From Octopus vulgaris (lineage: Eukaryota): DNA of 64,000 bases. A model generated the notes under the pieces. It made no database searches. It was not told where the DNA came from and worked only from the letters and a program-made list of their open reading frames with translations. Position numbers and translations under genes: made by a program. Shown one piece after another: positions 11,101 to 22,535 of the stretch. Position 1 is the first letter of the stretch. Every line of letters starts with the position of its first letter. The DNA lies in the NCBI GenBank assembly GCA_951406725.2, contig OX597814.1:182094001-182158000 (forward strand), in the 5' to 3' direction.

Positions 11101-13730
11101 TAACTTCGTAATTATAAATTTTCTCAAAAATGCTAAGAGTAAAAGATGTTCTATATGACACATTCTACCAGTGTCTGAAGTGTGAAAGTGTTTAGTTACA
11201 AAAAATAATTTTTTAAAATCTGTAGGTCAAAAGGTAAAGATCCTACTTTTCCATGCTTGTATAAGTTGGACAGAGTTAGCTGAGGTAGATTTTTTTTTGG
11301 CCAGATACCCTTCCTGTTGCCAACCTCCACTTGTTTCCAAGCAAGGTAACAGCATTCCCCCATGTACATATGTACAATAATTATTTGAATAATGCCGCAT
11401 ACATAAGATAATGGATGTGATAGTTAAAAGTCTTTTCGTAAAAACTTTTAGTTATTTATATAAAATCATTCATGTTTAAAAAAAAAAAAAAAACTTTAAA
11501 TGTAATAAATTGGTAAATGGAATTGATATGAAACTTGAAAATAAAAGAAAGCATAATTTTCTTTATTTCTTAGATAGAATATTGGTATTTGCGAGTTCTA
11601 CTGGCGTAAATCTTCATGGTGAAATCATCATCAGTACTGAGCATGTTCCAACATTTTGGTTGTCTGTAAGTTGGTTATATATACATATACATACATATAT
11701 ATATTTATTTATAAACATTCAAAGCTGCTTCTATATCTTACATTGTTTTCAGTGTTACATTTTAAGCAGATGGTGAGGAATGTATAATGTGCTTACTTTA
11801 ATTTCATTAAGATACCTTCTTTTGATTAATTCCAGCAGTTAAGGCTTATTCCAGTTTATTGACTCAAAACAACTGGGGTCCATATAACCCTTGGGGGCCC
11901 ACATAAGATTTTGTTGCTAAAATTTATCTCTATATATATAAACGGAAAAATGTCTGTGTGTGTGCGTGTCCTTTATACAAATCCACAATTTTTCAGTTAG
12001 AGGGCTTGCACTTTCTATGGTCATTCAAAACCGTCCAAGGGTGGTAGTGCACATCTTTACATTTCCCCAGTCACCCCACAAAGCTGTTAAAAAAATCAAT
12101 AGAAATGACTTTTTTGTGAATTTTCTATCCAAAACCCAATCAAAATGCCCAAAACTTGATACACCAATTGAATGCCAGCTAGCTGTATGTGATTGGTCGG
12201 AGATTTGGACAGTACTCGCGTGTACGTGCGCACGCACGCAGCTATATACGCAGCTATATATGCAACGCCGGGTCATAGTGCTAGTGTGCAATAAATTTGT
12301 TATACTCTTACAAGATATTTTAACAATTTTTTTATACAATTCTTAATAATATTAAATGTAAACATATAGTTGAATTTTTAAAATATTGAATGACTATGGG
12401 GGTCCATCCTAGTAAAATAGGAATCAAAGGGGGCCATAGGTAAAAAATAAATCATTGAGAACCACTGCTCTAAATAAATGTTTTTGTCCCCACAATTTAA
12501 AGAATCAAGTTCATTATTATCGGTGTTAGTGGTGAGGTTGCATACTTGTTTTACTCCATATAGTTGTTGTTTAACACCTGGTTAGTTCTAAAGCATTTCA
12601 GCTGTTACTACTTGTTTTTTTAAAGACATAGTTTATCCAGGAGTACACTATAAAATGTGTCTTTTTCTTTGAGATAGTTGTTTGTGATTTGAGGGGGATC
12701 TAGGTGCTATTTTGTTTGTGATTTGAGGGAGCTCTAGGTGCTATTTTTAGCTGGTTAAGTGACTGTAGAAAGAGACTCTCATTGGATTGTTTACCTCATC
12801 TCTTTAAACAGGTCTAGACATTTGCATAAAAGATTGCTTAAGTTAATGTTATAATCATTGGAAATCTGTAATGACAACCTCTGAACTCGGATTTATGGTT
12901 GGTACCTGTTTTACAGTTGGATTGACTGAGGCAATCATCATCATCATCATGGGTTGGATGGTTCGACCAGGGTCTGGGAAGCCAGGAGGCTGCACCAGGC
13001 TCCAGTCTGATCTGGCAGTGTTTCTATAGCTGGATGCCCTTCCTAATGCCAACCACTCCGTGAGTGTAGTGGGTGCTTTTTACGTGCCAGGGGAGGCTGG
13101 CATCACCATGATCGGTTGGTACTTTTTACGTGCCACCGGCACAGAAGCCAGTTAAGGCTGCACTGGCCTCGGCCATGTTCGGATGATGCTTTTTATGTGC
13201 CACCGGCACAGGTATCACAGCTACACTAAGAACCATGATCGGTTGGTACTTTTTACGTACACAATTTACACTGTACAATTTACACTGTACACAATTATTA
13301 TTATTATTATTATTATTATCATCATCATTGTTTAACGTCCGCTTTCCATGCCAGCATGGGTTGGACGATTTGACTGAGGGATGGTGAACCAGATGGCTGC
13401 ACCAGGCTTCAGTCTTGATCTGGCAGAGTTTCTACAGCTGGATGCCCTTCCTAACGCCAACCACTCTGAGAGTGTAGTAGGTGCTTTTATGTGCCACTGG
13501 CACGGGGCCAGTCAGGCGGTACTGGCAACAACTTCGCTAGGACATTATTCAAACAGTTATTTATAAAGCTTGGGATACTGTTGTCTGAAGATAATGTTCA
13601 GAAAATAGGGGTCGTCCTTTAAATGAAAGAAGTTTCTGGCAAAGTTAAGATAAATAAGGAGATTGTAGGTGATGTATCAATTCTACTCCTAGTACACTGT
13701 TGATTGTCCTTTTTGGTATGTCTATACATA

Positions 13731-13761
<31 letters not shown>

Positions 13762-16700
13762 TTCTTTTTCTTTTTTTTTTTTGTATGTGTTTTCAGAGGT
13801 AGAGGGAAGTATAATTAGAATTTAATTGCTAAAGAAAAGAGTGAATTTGCATTTAGTGTTTTTCATCATCTTTAGATGTATTTCTGGGAGTTTGTTTCAT
13901 CAGTGTAAAATTGTGAACTTTTTTCCTTAATTACCTTAACCCTTTTGTTACTGGATTTATTTTGAGATGCTTTGTGTTTCTTTCAATTATTTTAAATATA
14001 ACAAAGAATTTAGTTTAATAACTTGGTTATCATTAAGCTAGTGTTGGGAACATAAATTGTGACTAAGGTCTGTTTAAAGATTTTAATTCGACACTTATGA
14101 AAATGAGACATTTGTACTACAGAGCCAGAACCAGTTTCAGCCGGGTTGGTATCAAAAGGGTTAATAGATTGTTTTTTTTTTTTTTCTTATATGAAAGTCT
14201 ATGGTAGAACTTTTGTTTCTTTTTATTTCTACTGTTTTAATATCTAACATTATTAAAATGACATTTTTGATTAACAGAAGCAGTAAAATCTGTAAGAGAT
14301 TTACATTTCAATTTTCCCAGCTCTTCAATAATGTCCGAGCTTATGATCCCGTCCTGGCAAGGTTACCTCATATGGAGAGAGAACTGTCACATCTCATGAA
14401 CAATATTCAAATTGTCCGTCGACATAGAAAACATACAACCTTAATGGCTGAGCAATATGAAGAACTCTTGAACAAGTTAATCAACTCACTTCGCAAATGC
14501 CAGTTAGAAGCCAGTTTATATTTCTTGAAAGAAGACCTTTCAGATTTTGAATTAGTCTTGGAATGGTTTGTTGCTCACATATTCCTATCTTACCTTTTTT
14601 TGTCAAGAGATTTAGAATGTATTTCATTATTGTTTTATTGTTGTTGTTGTGATGATGATGATGATACTAGCGCACATTAATTTAACAGGTATTTTATTTT
14701 GAAGTTTGGTAAGAACAGGTCTCCTCAACTCTCAAGAATCTTACTTAGGATTCTTGCAGAATATAGGATAGCATTTTTCTACAGGTTGACAATGCGAGTT
14801 TCAATTCCAATTTCTTTCAGTCTTGAAGATAACATTTTGGGTGTTGTGCAAGAGCACCAATTACGACAGGAATAATTGTTGTCTTGGTCTTCCAAAGTCT
14901 CCTCAGCTTTCTGGCTAAATAAATACATACATACATACATGCATGCATACATACATACATATATACATACGTATGTACACACACACACTCAAACTCATAT
15001 TATCATACATGTGAATATAGATGCAGGCATGGCTATGAGGTAGAAATTTTTCTTCTTGGCCATATGGTTTAGAGTTCAGTCCTTCTGTGTAGCACTTTGG
15101 GCTAATGTCTTCAACAACAGCTCCAGGCTGACCAAAACCTTGTGATCGTTACCAACATCACCTCACTGGCACTTGAGCCTCATGCTAATAGGGTGCTAAG
15201 AGCACCATCCGAGTGTGATCGTTGCCAGAGTGGCTAACTGACCTCTGTGTCGGTGGCACATAAAAGGCACCATTTGTGTGTGATCGTTACCAGTCACCTT
15301 ACTGGCACCTGTGCCAGTGGCATGTGTAAAAAGATTCGAGCAAGGTCGTTGCCAGTACTGCCTGACTGGCCCTCGTGCTGGTGGCGCGTAAAAGCACCCA
15401 CTACACTCTTGGAGTGGTTGGCATTAGGAAGGGCATCCAGCTGTAGAAACTCTGCCAGATCAAGATTGAAGCCTAGTGCAGCCATCTGGTTCGCCAGCCC
15501 TCAGTCAAATCATCCAATCCATGCTAGCATGCAAAGCGGACGTTAAACGATGATGATGATGAAAACTGAAAGAAGCCCATAATGTGTGTGCGTGTGTGTG
15601 TGTGTGTTACTGTTTCCTTCCCTTGATTTTATGTTGTAGTTATGAGTGTCACTGTCATGCAAGCAGTATCATTCATTTCCAATCTTCTGCTAAAACATGT
15701 CTGATAATTGGGAAGCATCACCTTATGTCTGGAAACAGATAAGGATTAGTGATAAGGACATCTGGCCATAGAAAATCCACCTCAACAAATTCTGTTCAAC
15801 CATGCAAGCATAGAAAATTTGATGTTAAAACAAAAAATAAGGATGATGGTAATGTATGTATATATGTGCTTGTGAATGTTTATATTACAACTGTTATTTT
15901 TAGGTAAATATTTTCATAGCAACTACATCTAGGTGTCATCATCATCATCATCGTTTAATGCCCGCTTTCCATGCTAGCATATATATATGATTAAATAACA
16001 AGGGTAGAAATTGATATTAATCAATTAAAACCAGTGGCTTAGCATATTTAAAAAATCCGAAGATTAAAAATTGTGTTACATACAAAATTAAGAGGAATGA
16101 CCTCTAAAGTGGACACCCTATATGCTAAACATAGACGTCAAATCGCCATTACCACGAAGAATGTGTTCTCAAGAAAAATCTCAGCCAAACGCCAAAATGT
16201 AAAAATGAGCAAATGAAAATATACGAAATAAAAAAACGATTACCTACGTACCAATTATTTGCTTAACACTAACTGCATCCAAGTGGTATTGTTATATAGT
16301 TAAAGGGAGATGACACTTACAGAATTACACCAGTTTTTGAGTGAGTGTTCTTTTCAAATCAGATTAAATTCAAGTTATCATTACTGACTAATCATTCAGA
16401 TCTGGTTTGTACTTCTTAATTAAACACTTATCTTTTGCTCTCTTTTTAGCCTCGCTTGAGTCATAAATTTTATTAAGTGAAAATATTTAGACATTAGAAT
16501 TGCGGCATGGTTTTAAATGATTACCTAAAGGGGTCAGCTTGACATATGCATGTGTTTAACCCTTTGCCAAAGCATTTTCATAAGTTTCTCCTAAACATTT
16601 ATGCTTGTTTTCAGACATTTAGTTAGCCCTTTGTTTCATATGGTCTGTGTAATTGCAAGCATTGCTTTCATAAGTCCTAAGTTAATTTGGTGGTTGAAAA

Positions 16701-17419
16701 AATTGGGGATATTATCAAATATGATGCATAGATGCCAGGAAATTCTGTCCTGATACACAGGACAGAGAAAGGATTTAGACTATTTGTCAATGAGGATACC
16801 TGTATGCTTATGGTCTAGAACTCATAGCTGAAGATAGAAAGAAGGAATTCCAAATGTGAAAGTGAAACCTGAAAGGTCTCAAAGAAATGAATTTTTGTAG
16901 AAAAAAAGATAGGACCCTTATTGTTATATGGGAATGGTCATGCTCACTATGTAGAGAAGATGTGGATAGGAATTCTATTACTGGGGGCCCACTGTAAATT
17001 ACAAATACTCCAGAAGTGTAGTGGGATTATAGGCAGGGAGACAAAGAAAAAAGTTTTCCTTTGGAAAACATTTTTTCACGCTCAGAGTTGCTGAAGCATG
17101 GAATAAACTGCCTGCGTCAGTTGTTGACTGCCATGACACTGCATCTTTTAAGGCCCTCATGCTTTCCGAAATCCGCCGAAACTTCACCTGATTATATATA
17201 CACTTTAGATGAGTTGTAGTGCACCTGAGCACTGTACACAATTATTATTATTATTATTATTTCTCAGCCCACTTTCTATGATCCCACTACAACTATATAC
17301 AGGAATAATTATTAGTATAACTTCTTCCAACTGCTCATAAAGCTCCACAGAAAAGTTGATAGGTGTTACCTAGGAGCCATAACTGACAGTGCAAGTGCAT
17401 ATATATGTATGTATATGTG

Positions 17420-17458
<39 letters not shown>

Positions 17459-20400
17459 ATATATGTGTATGTATATGTATATATATATATGTGTATATGT
17501 ATATGTGTATGTATATATATATATGTGTATGTATATATGTGTATGTGTTTATATGTATATATGCATATGTATATATGTATATATATGTATATATATATAT
17601 GTGTGTATGTATATATATATGTATATATGTGTGTATATATGTATATATGTGTATATATATATGATTCACGCCAGCCTCGTCTGGCACCTGTGTCGGTGGC
17701 ACATAAAAACACCATCCGAGCGTGGTCGTCTGCCAGCCTTGTCTGGCACCTGTGTCGGTGGCACATAAAAACACCATCCGAGCGTGGCCGTTCGCCAGCC
17801 TCGTCTGGCACCTGTGTCGGTGGCACATAAAATCACCCACTACACTCTCGGAGTGGTTGGCATTAGGAAGGGCATCCAGCTGTAGAAACACTGCCAGATC
17901 TGACTGGCCTGGTGCAGCCTTCGGGCTCCCCAGACACCAGTTGAACCGTCCAACCCATGCTAGCATGGAAAGTGGACGTTAAATGATGATGATGATGATG
18001 ATGATATATACATATATATGTATATATATGTATGTATACACACATCAACATCATCACCGTTTAACGTCCGCTTTCCATGCTAGCATTGGTTGGACGATTT
18101 TGACTGAGGGCTAGCGAACCAGATAGCTGCACTAGGCTCCAATCTTGATCTGGCAGAGTTTCTACAGCTGGATGCCCTTCCTAACGCCAACCACTCCGAA
18201 AGTGTAGTGGGTGCTTTTACGTGCCACTGGCATGAGGGCCAGTCAGGCGGTACTGGCAATGGCCATGCTTAAATGTAGTTTTTTATGTGCCACCTGCACA
18301 GGAGCCAGTCCAGTGGCACTGCGAACGACCTCGTTCAAAGGTTTTTTCGCATGCCACTGGCACAATGATCACACTCGAATGGTACTTTTTATGTGCCACC
18401 GGTATGGAAGACAGTTAGCCGCTCTGGCAATGATCACACTCGGATGGTGCTCTTAGCGCTCCACTAGCACGGATGCCAGTCATCAAATTTGATTTTGATT
18501 TCACTTGCCCCAACAGATCTTTGCAAGCAGAATTTAGTGTCCAATGAAGGAAAGGTATGCAGAAGTGGGCTGGTTACACCCCTGGCATAGGCCATGAGGT
18601 TACGGTCTCATTTGGCTTGCTGGGTCTTCTCAAGCACAGCATATTTCCAAAAGTCTTGGTCACTAGTCATTGCGTCGGGGAGGCCTAATGTTCAAAGTAG
18701 TGCTTCACTACTTCATCCCAGGTCTTCCTCTTCCACAGGTTCCCTCATATTGGCTTCATTCCTTGCAAGCCTACGCATTTCCTCAGCAGTCACGGCCCAT
18801 GTTTCACTGCCATGTAGCATGGCTGTTCATACACATGCGTCATACAGTCTACCTTTTACTCTGAGTGAGAGTCCCTTTGTCATCAGCAGAGGTAAGAGCT
18901 CTCTGAACTTTGCCCAGGCTATTCTTATTCTAGCAGCTAAACTTTCAGCGTACACTCCCCCGCTACTGACTTGGTCACCTAGGTAACGGAAGCTATCAAC
19001 TACTTCTAGTTTTTCTCCAATGTGGAGGAAGTTGTTCTCTGCACATTTTCAGTGTTTATTGCTCCTGAGCATCTGCCACATGCAAAAACTATCTTCCCAG
19101 TTAGCCTTCCTTTGATATTGCTGCACCTCTTATGTGTCCATAGCTTACACTGGGTACATCTTACAGAGTTTCTACCTACGCCTTTTCTACAGATCGAGCA
19201 GGGCCATCTACCTGAAGGGATTTTTGGTTTGCCTGCCTTCCTACTTATTAGGACTTTGGTTTTGGCTAGGTTGACTCTAAGGCCCTTCGATTAGAGTAAA
19301 GTCGTCAGCATAGAGGAGCTCCCAGTGGCATCCTGTCTTGAATTCCTCTGTTATTGCCTGGAGGACTATGATAAATTGGAGGGGGATAAGGACTGAACCT
19401 TGGTGAACCCCGACCTCCACCCGGAATTCTTCATTGTACTCGTTGCCAACCCTCACCTTACTGACAGCGTCCCTGTACATGGCTTGCACAGCTCTCACTA
19501 ACCATTCATCTATCCCTAGTTTCCTCATTGACCACCAGATAAGGGATTGGGGAACTCTGTCAAAGGCTTTCTCCATGTCAACAAAAGCCAGGTACAGAGG
19601 TTTATCTTTGGCTAGGTATTTCTCCTGCTGCTGTCTTACCAGAAATATAGCATCAGTGGTGCTTTTCCCTCACATATACATATATACATACATACTCATA
19701 CACATTTAATAGATAACTTAGTAGGGGCACATTCATCAGGAAATGTACTGAGATTCGAGCCAAAGCAATTTTCATAGCAAGATTAAGTGATTACATGAAC
19801 ATCGTAGTATATGCTGTGTGCTTAATATTTAATTATCATTTATTGTTTTCTATTACATCACCACCATTTTATTTGTAAAAGGACATTTATAATGTGTCCA
19901 TTCCTAAATTATAATTCTTGTAATTTGCTCTCATTTGAATTTAAGGAGCTTCAAAGTCTCATTAGTCATTTTCCTGGTCATGTGCCTTTGTTAATTTTGC
20001 ATTCAAATAAAGGGTATTTTTATAGTAAGACTAAGCATGTCACACACACACACAACTACTACTACTACAAATTAGCTTGTCTGCACTAAATCATTCGTTC
20101 ATTCATTCAGTATAAAACATGTATACAAAAGCTATCTACTTGTGTTTATCTTTGTAGCCAATCTGGTCCATTTGCAGTATCACCCACTGGTCAGTTCCTA
20201 ATACCTGGATCATGTCCTGGATCTCTTGTTATTGAATTCATTAACAAAAACAAAGCATTGGCTAAACAACTTTTAGCACAGGCACCCAGGTAAGCTTCAG
20301 TTGATTTATATTGTAAACTGTATGTCAGATCAAGATTTAACAAAATTTATTTAACTTGGTGTAAATACCTTAAAAAAAAATCACAATTACTTTTTGTTTT

Positions 20401-22245
20401 TAGCATAAATTTCTGCAGTTATTAATGATGTGATTTTATATTGATATTTACTAAATTTGATATACAGGCTGGGCCAAAAGTCACGTGCTGAAACTTTTGA
20501 CATTTTATTTATATTATGCTATTATCAATATTATTATCCATTTTGTCTATACAAGTACATGTATATTCATCATTATTTTATTCAATTTTATAAAAATTGA
20601 AGCATGCCTTTGACAATTCAGGGATGTGTTGACCTTTATTTTGTGCATGACTTTTGGCTCACCCTACACACGCACGCAGAGGGTCCTGGCTCAAAGCACT
20701 TTTTTTATTTCTGGGTTGTGGTTGCTGTTTAGTTACCAAGTCAGTCCTTACTGAGTAGATGTAAACAAAGCCTTGACTGCTATTCCATATTCTTTTTTTT
20801 CCTCAGGTATTGTGCTATTTATGAATTGGCTAGAGTTTGCTTCATCAGTTATTGTACCTGTTATAGCATATACTTACATCAGTGCAACCAGAAAAAATAA
20901 TTTTCTTATACTAGCATAAAAAAACAAATGAAGATAAGTTACATGAATATATATAATTGAGGCATTGTTTTACAGTCAGATTTACTTCTGATTGCTAACT
21001 TACCTGTTTTTCCAAGTAAGGGGGCTCTCATTCCGCCCCCATTAGAGCAAAGCCAGTAGATGTTTTGTTGACAAGGGAAATAATGTTATTTCTTCCGGCA
21101 ATGATTTTCAGGAAAGTGCAGATGTTAACACATATGCAATTATAAAGCATTTATTTATTTCTGAATTTAGGGCTTCTTTCAGTTTCCACCTACCAAATCG
21201 ACTCGGTTTGCTCAGGGCCATAATAAGTAATACTTGCCCAAGGTGCACTGCAGTGGGACTGAACCCAAAACAAAGTGGTTGTAAAGCGAACTTCTTAACC
21301 ATAGTCATACCTGCATCTATATGGAAATTAATTTGTTAAATCAAAAATATATTCTATAGGTGCAGGAGTGGCTGTGCGATAAGTAGCTTGCTTACCAACC
21401 ACACGGTTCTGGGTTCAGTCCCACTGTGTGGCACCTTGGGCAAGTGTCTTCTACTATAGCTTTGGGCCGACCAAGTCCTTGTTAGTGGATTTGGTAGACA
21501 GAAACCGAAAGAAGCCTGTCGTGTATATATATATGTATGTATGTGTGTGTGTATATGTTTGTGTTTGTCCCCCAAACATCGCTTGACAACCGATGCTGGT
21601 GTGTTTGCATCCCTGTAACTTAGCGGTTCGGCAAAAGAGACCGATAGAATAAGTACTAGGCTTACAAAGAATAAGTCCTGGGGTCGATTAGCTCGACTAA
21701 AAGCAGTGCTCCAGCATGGCCACAGTCAAATGACTGAAACAAGTAAAAGTGATAAAGAGAGAGTTCGTTTGTTAATGAGCTCTAATCTAATGAAATAATA
21801 TAATTTCATTACAATTCTGTACTACTAATAGCATAACATGCAGCAGGGTATATGGAAAAAAAAAGCATAAAATTATGATGAAAAAGATTTAAAGTGATTA
21901 AAAAAAAAAAAAAAGAAAAAAAAAGGTTTTATTGCAAATATATATCAATCATTGTGACACAAACATATTTTTATAAATTCAAAACATTGTAAATTCTTTT
22001 TCAGGTTACTCGAAATGGAAAGAGTTGCACATGCAAAATGCTTGAAAGAATTTAATTTTTCCACATTAAAAAAAGACGACACAATATCCCATTATCAAAT
22101 GGTTAATTTTTGTACTCGTCTACTAGAGAACACGGATAACCTAAATATATTAAAGTCCATGAACAATTTACACATTCAGGTTTCCCATTACTATTCTGTG
22201 ATGCAAGATGGCCGAATATGTATACCTTGGGATTGGACATTATGA
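7967..22245 (+). CDS. TCAIM: T-cell activation inhibitor, mitochondrial (TCAIM/C3orf23) homolog; 3' six coding exons (7967-8162,10156-10379,11574-11665,14321-14565,20158-20289,22005-22245); 5' exons not found in the window
   Basis: Splicing the six exons gives a stop-free, phase-consistent ~375-aa frame ending ...[25 protein letters not shown], matching the TCAIM C-terminus as recalled (SHFYSVMQDGDLCIPWNW); internal matches include [25 protein letters not shown] and GQFLIPGSC. Confidence 0.92.
8264..8840. mobile_element. hAT-type non-autonomous element with ~140-bp inverted arms enclosing a NUMT
   Basis: CAGAGGTTCTC / AAGAACCATTG termini; 8-bp TSD TGCTAAAT (8256-8263) / TGTTAAAT (8841-8848); arms 8264-8403 and 8692-8840 are inverted. 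Confidence 0.75.
8420..8580 (+). pseudogene. NUMT: mitochondrial 16S (LSU) rRNA fragment
   Basis: ATAAGTTACCATAGAGATAACAGTGTAAT...GAGAGTTCATATTG...GATTGCGACCTTGATGTTGGATTAA matches the conserved mt-16S motifs (agttaccatagggataacagcgtaat; tgcgacctcgatgttggatt) with a few substitutions. Confidence 0.9.
9510..9962 (+). mobile_element. RTE 3'-tail repeat (family B), long copy
   Basis: Colinear with the post-ORF region of the RTE at 63280-63712. Confidence 0.8.
10156..10379 (+). CDS. TCAIM: TCAIM coding exon (GC donor)
   Basis: gtcag acceptor, [14 protein letters not shown]...FESILK, AAG|gcaagt donor. Confidence 0.87.
10640..11243. mobile_element. Fold-back DNA element, ~280-bp inverted arms, telomeric-repeat loop, 8-bp TSD
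   Basis: Arms 10640-10919 and 10964-11243 are near-perfect reverse complements; TSD TACTTTTC at 10632-10639 and 11244-11251; loop begins AACCCTAACCCTAAC. Confidence 0.88.
11574..11665 (+). CDS. TCAIM: TCAIM coding exon
   Basis: ttcttag acceptor, [30 protein letters not shown], gtaagt donor. Confidence 0.88.
11870..12467. mobile_element. hAT-type MITE (left end eroded) hosting a Helitron
   Basis: Ends ...TTGAGAACCACTG (reverse complement of CAGTGGTTCTCAA); ggggtcca subterminal repeats. Confidence 0.6.
11927..12284 (+). mobile_element. Non-autonomous Helitron
   Basis: 5' TC(TCTATATATATAAA), 3' GCAACGCCGGG...CTAG, inserted between host A and T with no TSD. Confidence 0.8.
12935..13535 (-). 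mobile_element. Two adjacent family-B RTE tail copies separated by a CR1 terminal fragment
   Basis: Reverse-oriented tails at 12935-13230 and 13320-13535; cactgtacacaattattatt matches the end of the CR1 at 17063-17260. Confidence 0.7.
13940..14160. mobile_element. piggyBac-like MITE
   Basis: TTAA flanks, same body as 7478-7699. Confidence 0.85.
14321..14565 (+). CDS. TCAIM: TCAIM coding exon
   Basis: ttttcccag acceptor, [32 protein letters not shown]...FELVLE, gtttgt donor. Confidence 0.87.
14650..14915 (-). mobile_element. R4/Dong-like non-LTR retrotransposon 3' fragment (REL endonuclease C-terminus)
   Basis: [19 protein letters not shown] / [39 protein letters not shown] (frameshifted), between microsatellites. 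Confidence 0.7.
15145..15560 (+). mobile_element. Family-B RTE tail nested within an older SINE A copy (15020-15830)
   Basis: Interrupts the SINE between aaaaccttgtga and aaactgaaagaagccc. Confidence 0.7.
17063..17260 (+). mobile_element. CR1-type LINE 3' end
   Basis: [29 protein letters not shown] followed by a short UTR and (ATT)n tail. Confidence 0.8.
17398..17662. repeat. (TA)n/(TATG)n compound microsatellite
   Basis: Directly visible. Confidence 0.95.
17665..18005 (+). mobile_element. Family-B RTE tail with a 62-bp tandem unit (~2.6 copies)
   Basis: gccagcctcgtctggcacctgtgtcggtggcacataaaa repeated at 17670, 17732, 17794. Confidence 0.85.
18050..19670 (-). mobile_element. RTE (BovB-like) LINE fragment with RT domain and 3' tail
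   Basis: MEKAFDRVP...[15 protein letters not shown]; continues into the family-B tail ending ~18050. Confidence 0.9.
20158..20289 (+). CDS. TCAIM: TCAIM coding exon
   Basis: tttgtag acceptor, [45 protein letters not shown]|gtaagc donor. Confidence 0.88.
20465..20666. mobile_element. Tc1/mariner-type MITE
   Basis: TA-CAGGCTGGGCCAAAAGTCAC ... TGACTTTTGGCTCACCCT imperfect TIRs. Confidence 0.65.
21359..21760 (+). mobile_element. SINE family A, full length
   Basis: Matches 2836-3218. Confidence 0.88.
22005..22245 (+). CDS. TCAIM: TCAIM terminal coding exon
   Basis: ttttcag acceptor, [16 protein letters not shown]...[17 protein letters not shown] at 22243-22245. Confidence 0.92.
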
Positions 22246-22491
22246 AACTATAGTTATTTTTTAAAAAAACCTCCTTTGGAGATGTATAGTGTAAAAAAAG
22301 AATCTTTAGAAAAGACTTAACTTTGCAATTGATGTTGAAATGTTTAATTAAATATTTTTTTTGTAAATGTCATCTGTTCTGTCATTGAAAACCATTTTAA
22401 TATATTTATTTAAAAAAAATTTTATGATGTAATATTTAATATTTGTAACACTGATCGTGGAAAAAATTCATTAATTTTTATTTTCTTGGAA

Positions 22492-22535
<44 letters not shown>

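Noticed and set aside
17335-17966. Long ORFs of 119-198 aa on both strands
   Set aside because: Artefacts of the (TA)n/(TATG)n microsatellite and repeat tail
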